Of a stretch of 64,000 nt of DNA, positions 1 to 10,257 are shown one piece after another. A program made the translations under genes and the position numbers. The stretch's first letter is position 1; each line of letters opens with the position of its first letter. Where the stretch lies: contig JBLIRH010000002.1 of NCBI GenBank assembly GCA_049472215.1, positions 23,815 through 87,814 of the forward strand, read 5' to 3'. The notes under the pieces were generated by a model. It ran no database searches. It was not told the origin of the DNA and saw only the letters and a program-made list of their open reading frames with translations. Origin of the DNA: Thermoplasmatota archaeon (GTDB lineage: Archaea > Thermoplasmatota > Penumbrarchaeia > Penumbrarchaeales > Penumbrarchaeaceae).

Positions 1-1011
1 TGATAGGTCCCAGATCACATTTGTGGTATTTCCCGTTAGATTTATCCATTCTCCCTTGGGGTCCAAGAGCGGTTCCCAGGGACCCCATTCACCATTGTTT
101 CGAGACCTTATCCAATGGTATATCCCGCCGCCCCCCGATAGCCCTTCTTTTGTGATATTCCCCCTGAACTTGTAAAGAAAATAGATCTGAGGCCGACTCT
201 TTGCCAGGAAGCTGTCCCAGGAATCAGGATTGAACCTTGTCAGGTCAAGGGGGGGCGATACCAGAGAATAGATTCCGGTCCTGGGAGACATGCCTGAAGA
301 ATCATTTCCCACCCAGAAGGCAGTGTTCGGTGTATGAAGGGTCTCGTATCCACTGGCCAAGGGGTGATCGCTCACGTGCCATTCCATCCCCTCCTCACCA
401 TCATCCGACTCAGAGGTCCAACCGTCCATGGAGGAACCGTTCCAGAAATCGGTCCCAACCCATAGCCCGTCCGTTATCGACTTCTGGTCCAATGCATACT
501 GAAGACCGGCGATCAGCGTCCTGTTGGTATATGGCCGCGGGTCCCCCGGCAGTTTTATCGTGATGTTCATGACATAGGCGCCGGCGAATTTCGGCACCCA
601 TCTGAATACGATCAGCTCGGAAAGGGCCCCATCGCCCTTTGGAATGTAAACAGTTGTCTGGTCCTTGTACATTATCCTACCTTTATCGAACGAGAATCCC
701 TTGTGGGCATCATACCAGTATAATGTCAGGTTCACCTGTATTCCGGAGAAGGGAGCATCGGCCGTGTTCTTCAATCTCAACTCGATGGATGTGGTCCTGT
801 TCACGATCCCGAGGCTATAGGGCCCCCATTGCGAGATACCTCCGGAGATGATCCTGAGATGCTCTTTGGGGATGGTCACAAGGCTCCTTGATGGTGGTGC
901 ATCCTGAATCGATGTATCCTCTTCAGTTCCACCCGCAGTTCCCATCACCGGCAGACCGACGAGAAGGACCATGACCATGATGGTCGCGATGTTCGTAGCT
1001 CGCCATCCCAT
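1..1011 (-). CDS. Secreted/extracellular protein, partial (C-terminus beyond window edge)
   Basis: Open minus-strand frame from ATG at 1011 (MGWRATNIATIMVMVLLVGLPVMGTAGGT..., signal-peptide-like) running off the window start; absent from the ORF track because it has no stop in the window. Confidence 0.7.
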   Translation of the reverse strand, partial: MGWRATNIATIMVMVLLVGLPVMGTAGGTEEDTSIQDAPPSRSLVTIPKEHLRIISGGISQWGPYSLGIVNRTTSIELRLKNTADAPFSGIQVNLTLYWYDAHKGFSFDKGRIMYKDQTTVYIPKGDGALSELIVFRWVPKFAGAYVMNITIKLPGDPRPYTNRTLIAGLQYALDQKSITDGLWVGTDFWNGSSMDGWTSESDDGEEGMEWHVSDHPLASGYETLHTPNTAFWVGNDSSGMSPRTGIYSLVSPPLDLTRFNPDSWDSFLAKSRPQIYFLYKFRGNITKEGLSGGGGIYHWIRSRNNGEWGPWEPLLDPKGEWINLTGNTTNVIWDLS

Positions 1012-1068
1012 GGTTTTGGAAAAAGGTCTGAGTTCAAAAAGATATCGGATATATGAGCCTCCTTTCCC

Positions 1069-1707
1069 CTATCGAGAGTACCTATCCAGAAGGAAATGGA
1101 TGATGGAGATGACCATATGAGAATGGAGGACCTTTTCACCGACCCGGAAACTCGAATAGGCCTTTTCCGTGACCACAGTTGATTCATCCATTGTAAGGTC
1201 CTGGTCGTCGGAAAGAACGAACATCAAGGGCGATCCCTGGAATTGAGCGATTACCGATCCGTCCATTTCCGACCCCATCTCATCCATCATGTAAACTTTT
1301 CCGGGGAACCTCCCAAGAACCATGTCGAGGTCAGCCCTGGCGATCGTGATCCCGGGTGAAGGTCGAACCACCGACCCCTTGATATCCGCCAGCTCGTGGG
1401 AAAGGCATTTTCTCATGAGAGCGGCGCATGCTCTCTCGTCAGGGTTCAGATATTTGACACTCTCCCCGTTGATAGATAGTAGCTTCGGAGGGTCTTCTGG
1501 TCCAAGGAGCAGAATGTGGACCGATGTATCTCGACGCATATCATGGGAGAGGAAAAGAGCTGATGTGATGGCCCTTGCCACCCCGTCCCATCTCCCCGAG
1601 GCGCCACAAAGGTCATTGATGTTTATCGAACCATCGGACCTGGCCCTGTGAGCGATGATCAAGAAGTTCCTGTCGGATGATCCTAGGACCTCTTCAAGTG
1701 ATTGCAT
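1069..1707 (-). CDS. trmY: tRNA (pseudouridine(54)-N(1))-methyltransferase TrmY
   Basis: MQSLEEVLGSSDRNFLIIAHRARSDGSININDLCGASGRWDGVARAITSALFLSHDMRRDTSVHILLLG is TrmY-like; the track start at 1881 overlaps the upstream gene, ATG at 1707 is preferred. Confidence 0.85.
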   Translation of the reverse strand: MQSLEEVLGSSDRNFLIIAHRARSDGSININDLCGASGRWDGVARAITSALFLSHDMRRDTSVHILLLGPEDPPKLLSINGESVKYLNPDERACAALMRKCLSHELADIKGSVVRPSPGITIARADLDMVLGRFPGKVYMMDEMGSEMDGSVIAQFQGSPLMFVLSDDQDLTMDESTVVTEKAYSSFRVGEKVLHSHMVISIIHFLLDRYSR

Positions 1708-1726
1708 ATCGACTCCCGGCTGAAGG

Positions 1727-1999
1727 TCATTTCTTGTTCTTCTTTTCCTTCTTTTCCTTATCTTCCTTCTTCTCTTTCTCATCCTTCTCGAAGTGCAACC
1801 GGGCTTTCTCCTTTCTCCTGATCGCGATCTGAGCGGTCCTGATCCTTTCCTGATATTTATGGCGGGCCTTGGACCAACCATCCTTGTCTATTCGGCCCTT
1901 TTTATGATATTCCCTGGCTTCCTGGAGCTTTGCTTCGAACTTCTCGATATCCTGCCTTAACTTCTCGATATCCTTTGTCAACTTCTCGATCTTCCCCAT
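1727..1999 (-). CDS. Small Lys/Glu-rich coiled-coil protein
   Basis: MGKIEKLTKDIEKLRQDIEKFEAKLQEAREY..., same strand and tightly spaced with trmY. Confidence 0.6.
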   Translation of the reverse strand: MGKIEKLTKDIEKLRQDIEKFEAKLQEAREYHKKGRIDKDGWSKARHKYQERIRTAQIAIRRKEKARLHFEKDEKEKKEDKEKKEKKNKK

Positions 2000-2010
2000 G
2001 ACAATGCACC

Positions 2011-3675
2011 TCAGAGATTCTCATTCACGATCCTTCTGATCGAGGAGATAAGCTCCTCTTTCCTGGCTATCATTGACACGATCTTGGCATCCATGTCCGC
2101 TACGTAGTCCTCGTCCTTGATTGACCCGAGGTTTATCTTGATGTTCATTATCGCTCCGTCCAGGCCGGCTGAGGCCATATCAGCTCCGACCCCGACATCG
2201 GAAATGGAGTTTTTATTGCCTTTTTTAGCTATAGGCACACCAGCATCTAGTATCTTTAAACATACCTCTGCTGTTTCCAGAGGGGTGGCGATCGCCTTCT
2301 TGTACCCTGCCTGTATCGCTTTCGATCTTTCAGCCTTCTCCTCTTCTGTATCCTTGGGTAACTTGAAGGCCGCCATCACATCATTAAAGGCGTTTGCATC
2401 CTCATCCACGAGTTCCAGGAGACGGGCCCTCAGAAAAGATACTTCTTTTGCTTTCCCCTTCATCTCGTCCCACACTTCCTCGTATTTCTTCTTTCCAACG
2501 GTCAGATTGCATACCATTTCGAGAAGAGATGCGCCAAGGGAACCGGAAAGAGCGGCAACACTGCCCCCTCCTGGTGCTGGTGAATCCGAGGATAGCTCGG
2601 CGAGGAAATCCTTCATTCTCATCGATGCCAGGGGGCCAACCTCTTTGACCATGTAGTCGATCACTTTTTCATCAGGTTTGAACTCGTAGAGCTGGTTCAG
2701 TCCAAGTTCGGAGACCGCAAGGTCCAAAAGGTCCTCCTCGTTGGAAAGATCCCTGGCGAGTTTTCTTGCATAATGCATGCCAGCCTTTACCAAAGCAGCC
2801 TTGGGGACAAGTCCGACGATCTCCGAACCATTAACGTCGGCGCCTAGCTCCCTTGATATTTCTTTGCATGCGTCGAACACATGATGGAGGTTCACTTCCT
2901 CGAAATCGAGGAGGTTCATGGATACCTGGGCGATATCCTCGTTGTACATCATGCCGCCCGCCTGGACCCCCTTGAATCTTCCTGGTATCCTTTCGGGTTT
3001 TCCATCGGGTCCGATGATCTTCTCCCCGCTCTCATCTTTTTTTAGAACACCGCTTTCCCTGATCTTCCCCGATATGGCGGATGCTATTGACTTGTCCGCG
3101 GTGTTCAGATTTGCGTTGTAGGCAATGAGGATCTGTCTTGCCCCAGTAACGGATGCCCCGCTTTTAGGGACGAATACTGGATCTCCGAAATCTGGTTTGA
3201 ATTCCGGGTCCTTGAACTTCTCCTCAAGGGCCTCATATTCCCCTTTTCTTATCGAAGGGAGGCTGACCCTATCCTGCCTTCTCGCTGAATTTGCATAAAG
3301 GAATACCGGGATGCCAAGCTCATCCCACATCCTTGCCCCGAACCTTTTTGCGAGTTCGGTGCAGTCGTCCATTGTCACACCTTTGATCGGAATGAACGGG
3401 CACACGTCCAGTGCTCCCATCCTTGCATGTTCTCCCTTGTGCTTGGTCATGTCAATAAGGCGGGTCCCGATCCTTGCTGCCTGAAATGCCGCTTCCACCA
3501 CTTCGTCTGGTTCACCGACAAATGTGAAGACCGTCCGGTTGAAATCGGCTCCCGGATCCACATTGAGAAGTTTCACGCCCTTCACACTTCTGACAGCTGA
3601 GGCTATTGCCTCGATAACGGCAATATCCCTACCTTCACTGAAATTGGGAACACACTCGACTATCTTGTCCATCAT
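2011..3675 (-). CDS. ftcD: Glutamate formimidoyltransferase / formimidoyltetrahydrofolate cyclodeaminase fusion
   Basis: N-terminal MMDKIVECVPNFSEGRDIAVIEAI...VDPGADFNRTVFTFVG; C-terminal cyclodeaminase-like DSPAPGGGSVAALSGSLGASLLEMVCNLTVGK; start at ATG 3675 or 3672. Confidence 0.85.
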   Translation of the reverse strand: MMDKIVECVPNFSEGRDIAVIEAIASAVRSVKGVKLLNVDPGADFNRTVFTFVGEPDEVVEAAFQAARIGTRLIDMTKHKGEHARMGALDVCPFIPIKGVTMDDCTELAKRFGARMWDELGIPVFLYANSARRQDRVSLPSIRKGEYEALEEKFKDPEFKPDFGDPVFVPKSGASVTGARQILIAYNANLNTADKSIASAISGKIRESGVLKKDESGEKIIGPDGKPERIPGRFKGVQAGGMMYNEDIAQVSMNLLDFEEVNLHHVFDACKEISRELGADVNGSEIVGLVPKAALVKAGMHYARKLARDLSNEEDLLDLAVSELGLNQLYEFKPDEKVIDYMVKEVGPLASMRMKDFLAELSSDSPAPGGGSVAALSGSLGASLLEMVCNLTVGKKKYEEVWDEMKGKAKEVSFLRARLLELVDEDANAFNDVMAAFKLPKDTEEEKAERSKAIQAGYKKAIATPLETAEVCLKILDAGVPIAKKGNKNSISDVGVGADMASAGLDGAIMNIKINLGSIKDEDYVADMDAKIVSMIARKEELISSIRRIVNENL

Positions 3676-3816
3676 ACCACCATGGAGCAAAACGATTACC
3701 CTCGGAATGCCTGAATGGGCCTAATGGGAATATGGTAAATAAATCCTTCACACTGAGGAGGAGGAGTTTCATCAACGTTGGATAAAGTAATTTAATCAGA
3801 AGACAAAATCACCTTC

Positions 3817-6258
3817 ATGTTTGCCGAGAGGGTAATCACGCCCCTGTCGATACGGAGGACTGTTATCACAGCGACCGTTTCGATGTTCCTCATACTGACA
3901 GGATCTGTTCTGCTATTCCCTATCGGGACCAATGGCGACACCCCTGAAGGGTTCTACTCGATGGAATACATGATGGGATCATATCCCTCAAGGATCGTGA
4001 AGGAAGGAGAGAATTACCGTGTCCTCGCGAATCTGGACATACCGGCCTCGAAACCATTATACATGGGACCGGGGACAAGGGTCCTCTTCGATGAGGGGGT
4101 CTATCTCAATCTGACGGGCGCGCCACTCATCAGCGGAGATCTGGAGCAGAAGGTCTATTTAGGTCCATATATCAAGGGTGAACCATGGGGCGGTATCAAC
4201 CTGATGGAGGGAGATCCAACCGCATCCTCGATTATTATGAACGCTACCGTGGAGGAGGCGGAGATAGGGATCAGGTCGCACTCATCTGATGTTGTGATAT
4301 CCGATACCGAGATATTAAACTGCTCGAGGAACGGATTGGACGTTAAAGGCCCCTTGGGGACCGGTAAATATCTATTCGCTGAGAGGGTCCGAATATCCAA
4401 TTCCACTTACTACGGAATTCATCTATTGAAGGTAGATGACTCCCGCCTAAATGATATCACGATCGAAGAGTGCGGGACCGGGATCCGGTCCTATCGGTCG
4501 GAGGGCCAGATGGTCGGATTGAATATACTGGAATCCAGCAATATCGGTTTCAACGCGGTGGATTCCGACCTCGTCATCATTGATCTCATCCTTTCCTCCG
4601 AAGAATCTGCCACCTCCCACCAGCTGCTTTCATTGAACTCCACCATCTCCCTGTCCAACGGAAGGGTCGAAGGTGCGAACGTTGGGATCTCGGCTTTGAC
4701 CCGGACCGTCTTGGATATGGACGGCATACGGATCAACAACATCTTCACCGACGGGATCCAGACATCCAGTGCGGAGATCACCATCCTGAACTCTGATATA
4801 ATGGCCTCCGGTGAAAGCGGACTGCACATGGTGGACACCACGTTCTGGGTAGGAGGCACCATATTCAACAACAACGGTGCAGGGACCGGCGAACTCGTTT
4901 TCTCCTCGATCTATTCCGATGGGTCCTCTGGCAAGTTCGAGGGATGTACCTTTACAGGTTCAGGTTACGCCCATATCCACTCGGTCTCATCCGATATCGT
5001 GGTCGGGAATGCTACCCTAGGCTCGGTATTGAACCCGAAACTGGTCCTGGACGAAGGATCGAAAATTGTGATGGTCGACACCGTCCCTCCTTCCGATATC
5101 GAGATACTCGATGACATCTCCCAGCTGATCTACCTGATAACCCTCGATGTGACCGTTCTGGAACACGTTGATAGGTACCCGGTAGCAGGGGTGCAGATCG
5201 ACCTCAGGGACGTGGATGGGCGGTGGATCGCCTCATCATATACTGGCCCCGATGGTGTCTCAGAGGACATTCCCATGACGGTTTATGAAAGGGACTCGAC
5301 AGGCATCTACTCCTATCTCCCCATCAATCTGATCGCACAGAAGGATGGTTTCGAAGTGACCTCATATGATGTGGAAGAACCCCTTCATGAGGTGGAGCTT
5401 CTCCTGTTCCCACCAAACGATGTGCCCTCGATCTTCCTAACAGGGCCAATTAATGGTACGAAGGTAACGGGATCTGTTGAGATAGAAGGCGACCTGACCG
5501 ATGACCTTGGTATCTTCAAGATCAAGGTAAGGTTCGACGAGGGTTATTACAGGACCTTTGAGGAGTTCGACTCCATTTCGGATGGTCATTTCAAGCTGAC
5601 CGTCCCGATAGGGAACCTTTCAGGCGGCCTTCATTCAATATCCGTACATGCGTTCGATGGAACCCATATCTCGCTTCCCGTGATCAGGACCATAATGGTC
5701 CTGGACCCCAGGATGAACGATACCGACGAAGATGGAATTCCTGATAGCGAGGAGGATGCAAACGGCAATGGGATCGTTGACCCGGGTGAAACGGACCCTC
5801 AGAACCCTGATACGGACGGCGACGGACTGCTGGACGGTATCGAAATAGATACCAGCGACGGCAATTCCACTGATCCTCTTGATCCCGATTCCGATGATGA
5901 TTTCCTCAAGGACGGCTTCGAGGACCAGAATGCCAACGGGAGGGTCGACCCGACCGAGACAGATCCGAATTCATGGGATACGGATGGCGACGGTGTCAAC
6001 GATCGGGATGATCGCTATCCGATCGATCCCTTTAGATCGAGTGACGAAGAACCCTCACCCAGTTCCATATGGGTGATAATCCTCGCAACAGTATTCATAA
6101 TGGCTCTCATCATCGCGGTATATCTCTTCTACATGCAGGTAAGGGGGGCAAGGGTGAAGGTTGTTGAGGACGAAGAGGAGATCAGAAGAGCTCGTCCACC
6201 CCAAAAAAGGCCAAGGGACATGCGTGAAACCCGCAGACCACCCCAACGGAGACGTTGA
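3817..6258 (+). CDS. Secreted right-handed beta-helix protein with DxDxDG calcium-type repeats and C-terminal TM anchor
   Basis: N-terminal hydrophobic segment, parallel-beta-helix-like repeats, DTDEDGIPDSEEDANGNGIVDPGETDPQNPDTDGDGLLDG repeats, C-terminal TM WVIILATVFIMALIIAVYLFYM plus basic tail. Confidence 0.8.
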   Translation: MFAERVITPLSIRRTVITATVSMFLILTGSVLLFPIGTNGDTPEGFYSMEYMMGSYPSRIVKEGENYRVLANLDIPASKPLYMGPGTRVLFDEGVYLNLTGAPLISGDLEQKVYLGPYIKGEPWGGINLMEGDPTASSIIMNATVEEAEIGIRSHSSDVVISDTEILNCSRNGLDVKGPLGTGKYLFAERVRISNSTYYGIHLLKVDDSRLNDITIEECGTGIRSYRSEGQMVGLNILESSNIGFNAVDSDLVIIDLILSSEESATSHQLLSLNSTISLSNGRVEGANVGISALTRTVLDMDGIRINNIFTDGIQTSSAEITILNSDIMASGESGLHMVDTTFWVGGTIFNNNGAGTGELVFSSIYSDGSSGKFEGCTFTGSGYAHIHSVSSDIVVGNATLGSVLNPKLVLDEGSKIVMVDTVPPSDIEILDDISQLIYLITLDVTVLEHVDRYPVAGVQIDLRDVDGRWIASSYTGPDGVSEDIPMTVYERDSTGIYSYLPINLIAQKDGFEVTSYDVEEPLHEVELLLFPPNDVPSIFLTGPINGTKVTGSVEIEGDLTDDLGIFKIKVRFDEGYYRTFEEFDSISDGHFKLTVPIGNLSGGLHSISVHAFDGTHISLPVIRTIMVLDPRMNDTDEDGIPDSEEDANGNGIVDPGETDPQNPDTDGDGLLDGIEIDTSDGNSTDPLDPDSDDDFLKDGFEDQNANGRVDPTETDPNSWDTDGDGVNDRDDRYPIDPFRSSDEEPSPSSIWVIILATVFIMALIIAVYLFYMQVRGARVKVVEDEEEIRRARPPQKRPRDMRETRRPPQRRR

Positions 6259-6904
6259 GATCTTGTCAAGGAATCGTCAAAGGTCCAAGCTGATCGCTCT
6301 GGGAGAAAGCAAGGTCCTTTTACTTGGTACTCTCAAAGGGCTCCTATCAGAAAAAGAGGTCGTGCGTTCTATTTTCATGGATTTCGATCCGGATGTCATC
6401 TGCCTCCATATCAGCAAGGAAGAGTTGAAGGGATTGAAAGCTGTTGTGAACGGCAAGGTAGAGAATACTTACCTTTCCACTACCGAGAAGATCTATGCAA
6501 GGGAAATGTCCAGATTCGGTGAGGTTCAGATACCCCCACCTTCACTGGTGGAGGCCTATAACATCTCCCGGGATGAAGGGCTCCCTGTCAGGTCCCTGGA
6601 TTTCGATGATACTTCCTACTCGGAGGTCTATACCAGAACGGTCAGCGGAATGACCCTGATCAGGCAGTCCCTGAGGATCAAGAAAATAAATAAAAGGAAA
6701 TTCAGTTCCGACAACCCCGAGGAGTTCGTCCTCGAATGGGACCGGACCATCAACAGGTTCAGGGGTTTTCGGAATCTCGAGATCGAAAGGGAGAAGAGAA
6801 TGGCCCGGAGGATAAGGGATATCTCTCGGAAGTTCTCCAGGGTTCTTGCGATCGTTGAATATGAGAGGATGAAGGGTATTTTCGAGAACCTCGACAAGGA
6901 CTGA
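6161..6904 (+). CDS. Divergent TraB/PrgY-like domain protein (start uncertain)
   Basis: SKVLLLGTLKG...DPDVICLHI...ARRIRDISRKFSRVLAIVEYERMKGIFENL resembles the TraB layout; real start may be an internal TTG near 6262. Confidence 0.4.
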   Translation: MLRTKRRSEELVHPKKGQGTCVKPADHPNGDVEILSRNRQRSKLIALGESKVLLLGTLKGLLSEKEVVRSIFMDFDPDVICLHISKEELKGLKAVVNGKVENTYLSTTEKIYAREMSRFGEVQIPPPSLVEAYNISRDEGLPVRSLDFDDTSYSEVYTRTVSGMTLIRQSLRIKKINKRKFSSDNPEEFVLEWDRTINRFRGFRNLEIEREKRMARRIRDISRKFSRVLAIVEYERMKGIFENLDKD

Positions 6905-7003
6905 ACTGGTATTCCTCTCAAAGGTTGATAAGATGGGGAACAAGGTAAAGTACATCCTAGACCTTTTTACAGAAAGTCAACTGCAGGATCAGGCGGTCGG
7001 TAG

Positions 7004-9403
7004 ATGAGTCCAGACGAGGATCTAAATCAATTCTTCTTCCAGAGTCCATGGAAGAATATCTTCCTTTGGCACTTCATGGAAGTTGAGAAAGAAGCGGTGA
7101 TCGCAACACCAACCATGGACATGGACATTCTGAGGAAGGTTCAGTCCATCCTCATCGCAAGATCGCAAAGGAAGCTTCATATCAGACTGATCCTGCGCTT
7201 CTCGGAATCCGACTTCATGATCAAGGGCATCGATCCAGAGGTCCTAAGAATACTGGCGCTGCTGCTCAACGAGCCAAGGTCCAAGATAGAGATCAGGTTC
7301 CTCAGGAACCTTTCCCTGACATCAATGGTACTGGACGGTAAAAAGGCCATAATCGCGACTGGGGACCTTTCATCGGACCAGCTCCTGAAGGACTTGGTCT
7401 ACGGGCAGCTCATAATAGGTAAGGACATGGTCGATACGATCCAAGAGGACCTCAATGAACTCTGGACTTCCTCCACCCCCGCAAGCTCAAAGGATATCAC
7501 CGATTACATGGTCCGGATCAAGGAAAGGGAGGAGGCGAGAAGGGCATGCGAGGCCTCCGATGGATCGATTGTGGATCCTGAGCTCAATGAAATGATATCT
7601 ATCGGAGATACCATCGAGCCACTGGGGAAGGACAGACCTGAACCCCACCTCGACGAGATCAAGAAGATCATCAAGGAACTTCTTGTTAGGGCCAGGGACT
7701 CTGTCGAGGATGACAACACCGAAACCGCACTTTTCTACATCGAGGAGGGTCTTACCCTCGATGGTGATAATCCAGACCTTCTTCTTGAGAAAGGAAAGGT
7801 ACTTTTTGGGGATGGAAACTACGAGAAGGCCTTGACCTGTTTCGACAGGATCCTTGATCAGAACGAAGATAACCGCGATGCCTGGGCTTATCGTGGTATG
7901 TGCCACCACGAACTGAACGATCTTGAAGAAGCACTCTGCTCATACGACCAGGCCACCGATATCGATCCTCAATACTATCCCGTTTGGATCAAGAAGGGAA
8001 TAATAATGGGTAAAACCAAGGGGAGGGAGGAGGATGGCTTGAAGTGTCTTGAATATGCCCTTTCGCAGGACCCTTACAACGAAGAGGCATGGTTCAACAA
8101 GGCACAGATCCTGGAACAGAGACTTGGCCGGATGGATGAATCCATCCTATCCTACCGGTCCCTGCTGAGGATCAACCCTAACCATGTTGTTGGTTCCTTC
8201 AGGATGGGATTGATATCATACAAAAAAATGAACGACATCGCCAAGGCAAAGAAATATTTCAACAAGGTGGTCGAGGCCGATCCTTCCCATGTCCATGGGT
8301 GGATGTTCAAGAGCGAGATAGCAGAGAAGGTTGATAAGGATTTCAACTCATCTCTTGAATTCCTTGATAATGCCCTTGAATCGAATCCCGACTCGCCTGA
8401 GGTCCTTCATAGGACGATAGATCTCCTGCTGCGGCACCGCAAGAAATTCAAGCGAGCGGTCGAACTTGCGGACCGGCTTCTGGAGACTAAGGGTAACGAT
8501 CCTGTCGCATTGTACGTTCGCGGTCTGGGGGCTCTGAAGATCGATAACGATCCCGACAGAGCTCTGGAGCTGATGAACGAATCCATCAAAGCGGACCCGA
8601 AGAACAAGAAGACGATAATCTCCAAGGCCAGCATACTGGCGGAGCACCTTGACCGGGCGGGCGATGCTGTTTCATTGTTGAAGGCGGCCCTTAAAAGGAA
8701 CGAGAAGGACCCAGAACTCTGGATGGAACTCGGAATGGTCTATTTCGACTCCCTATATGATCCGAAGGAAGCCCTGGACTGTTTCGACATGGTCACAAAG
8801 CTCGATAACAGGTCCTCGGATGGATGGTACAATAAGGGCATGGTCCTTTCCAGGGGTTTTGAGAAGCATCAGGAAGGCTTGAAATGCCTTGATCAGGCCA
8901 CAAACCTCGATGATTCGAACTATCTCGCCTGGCACGAGAAGGGAAGGATACTCGTCGAGATCTACAAGCTCACTGATGATGGTCTCAAATGCTTCAGAAA
9001 AGCTCTTACCATAGAACCGGAGGACGTCGAGATACTTGCATCCATGGCGAATGCCGTCAAAGGAAAAGGAGACCTCCCGGGTGCGCTTGAGTATTACAAC
9101 AAAGCTGTTACGATCGATCCAACCAATATCAATGTCCATCTCGACCTTTGTGAAACCTATTCCTCGATGAAGGATCTCGAAAATGCCCACCGGTCACTTA
9201 CCTCGGCACTTCAGGTCGATCCCAAGAACGAGAAAGTATGGATGATGAAGGCGGAGATCTTCCGGCAGCAGAACGAACCCCAAAAAGCGCTGGAATGCTA
9301 CAAGAGAGTTCTAAGGTTCAATCCCGACCACCAGGATGCTCTCAACAAGAAGACCTCCGTTGAGGCGCAGCTCGAAAGGAATGGTACTGCCCTGTCCTAT
9401 TGA
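7004..9403 (+). CDS. TPR-repeat protein with N-terminal PLD-like domain
   Basis: More than 12 TPR-like units (e.g. PDNPDLLLEKGKVLFGDGNYEKALTCFDRIL); N-terminal LDGKKAIIATGDLSSDQL resembles an archaeal PLD-like module. Confidence 0.75.
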   Translation: MSPDEDLNQFFFQSPWKNIFLWHFMEVEKEAVIATPTMDMDILRKVQSILIARSQRKLHIRLILRFSESDFMIKGIDPEVLRILALLLNEPRSKIEIRFLRNLSLTSMVLDGKKAIIATGDLSSDQLLKDLVYGQLIIGKDMVDTIQEDLNELWTSSTPASSKDITDYMVRIKEREEARRACEASDGSIVDPELNEMISIGDTIEPLGKDRPEPHLDEIKKIIKELLVRARDSVEDDNTETALFYIEEGLTLDGDNPDLLLEKGKVLFGDGNYEKALTCFDRILDQNEDNRDAWAYRGMCHHELNDLEEALCSYDQATDIDPQYYPVWIKKGIIMGKTKGREEDGLKCLEYALSQDPYNEEAWFNKAQILEQRLGRMDESILSYRSLLRINPNHVVGSFRMGLISYKKMNDIAKAKKYFNKVVEADPSHVHGWMFKSEIAEKVDKDFNSSLEFLDNALESNPDSPEVLHRTIDLLLRHRKKFKRAVELADRLLETKGNDPVALYVRGLGALKIDNDPDRALELMNESIKADPKNKKTIISKASILAEHLDRAGDAVSLLKAALKRNEKDPELWMELGMVYFDSLYDPKEALDCFDMVTKLDNRSSDGWYNKGMVLSRGFEKHQEGLKCLDQATNLDDSNYLAWHEKGRILVEIYKLTDDGLKCFRKALTIEPEDVEILASMANAVKGKGDLPGALEYYNKAVTIDPTNINVHLDLCETYSSMKDLENAHRSLTSALQVDPKNEKVWMMKAEIFRQQNEPQKALECYKRVLRFNPDHQDALNKKTSVEAQLERNGTALSY

Positions 9404-9522
9404 AGCACCGAGATCATAGGTTCTGAAAGTTGGGTCCGAGGTCACCCCGATCTATGGATGAAATTATGATCGAAGCAGAACCATTCGATAGATGTTAAAT
9501 AACCATTCGAACATCAACTTTC

Positions 9523-10257
9523 ATGGAAGGAAAGGATGGGGAGAGCTGTTTCGGAGTGGACCAACTTGACAACATCACCCTGGGAAAGATCTTACCCGGT
9601 TCCCTGGGCCTTTTCCATGGTCCAGCCGGTTGCGGGAAAAGTTCCATGCTCTATCATTTTCTTTTTCAGGGCGCGGGAATGAACAACAACGTTTGTTTCA
9701 TCACGAACGAACCACCAGACAGGATCTCTTCCCATATGTCATCCTTCAGGACCTTCCAATCGAACTGGTTGAAGGACGGATACATCTCGATATTCAACAT
9801 CCAGGACTTGATGGGTTTGATCGGCATGGACCTCGAAAATACAGGCCCCCAGGATGTTGACCTGTTCTTCGACCTCCTGGTACAGGTCGTCCAGCATCTT
9901 GATGCGAAAAGGCTCGTTATTGATCCTGTAAATCCGCTCCTTGAGATCCTGGAGGATTGGAACAAGGTCTTTTTCCTCCAGAGGTTGAAGGGAAAACTGG
10001 TCGAATTGGGGGTCTCGACCTTCATGGCAATGGATACGAACCTCCCCCTCCACGAGATGGACCTTAGATGCATGGAGCCCTACAATTTCAACATCATCAT
10101 CGGATTCAAGAAGGAGAAAGAGCCCCCAGTAATATTGAACACGATGACCATAGAGCGTTGGAAGGGGACCTCACACGCAAAGAACACGTACGTCATAGAG
10201 GTCTCGAAAGATGGTGTCTTCCTTGTGCCCAGGATCAAGCCCTTGGAGGTGAGATAG
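9523..10257 (+). CDS. KaiC/RadA-like RecA-superfamily ATPase (intact Walker A)
   Basis: GLFHGPAGCGKSSMLYHFL Walker A; LDAKRLVIDPVNPLLEIL Walker B-like. Confidence 0.7.
   Translation: MEGKDGESCFGVDQLDNITLGKILPGSLGLFHGPAGCGKSSMLYHFLFQGAGMNNNVCFITNEPPDRISSHMSSFRTFQSNWLKDGYISIFNIQDLMGLIGMDLENTGPQDVDLFFDLLVQVVQHLDAKRLVIDPVNPLLEILEDWNKVFFLQRLKGKLVELGVSTFMAMDTNLPLHEMDLRCMEPYNFNIIIGFKKEKEPPVILNTMTIERWKGTSHAKNTYVIEVSKDGVFLVPRIKPLEVR

Noticed and set aside
5740-6040. Tandem DxDxDG-coding repeats in the 3817-6258 gene as a nucleotide repeat element
   Set aside because: The repetition is at protein level (calcium-type thrombospondin-3-like repeats) and degenerate in DNA, so not a DNA repeat element.
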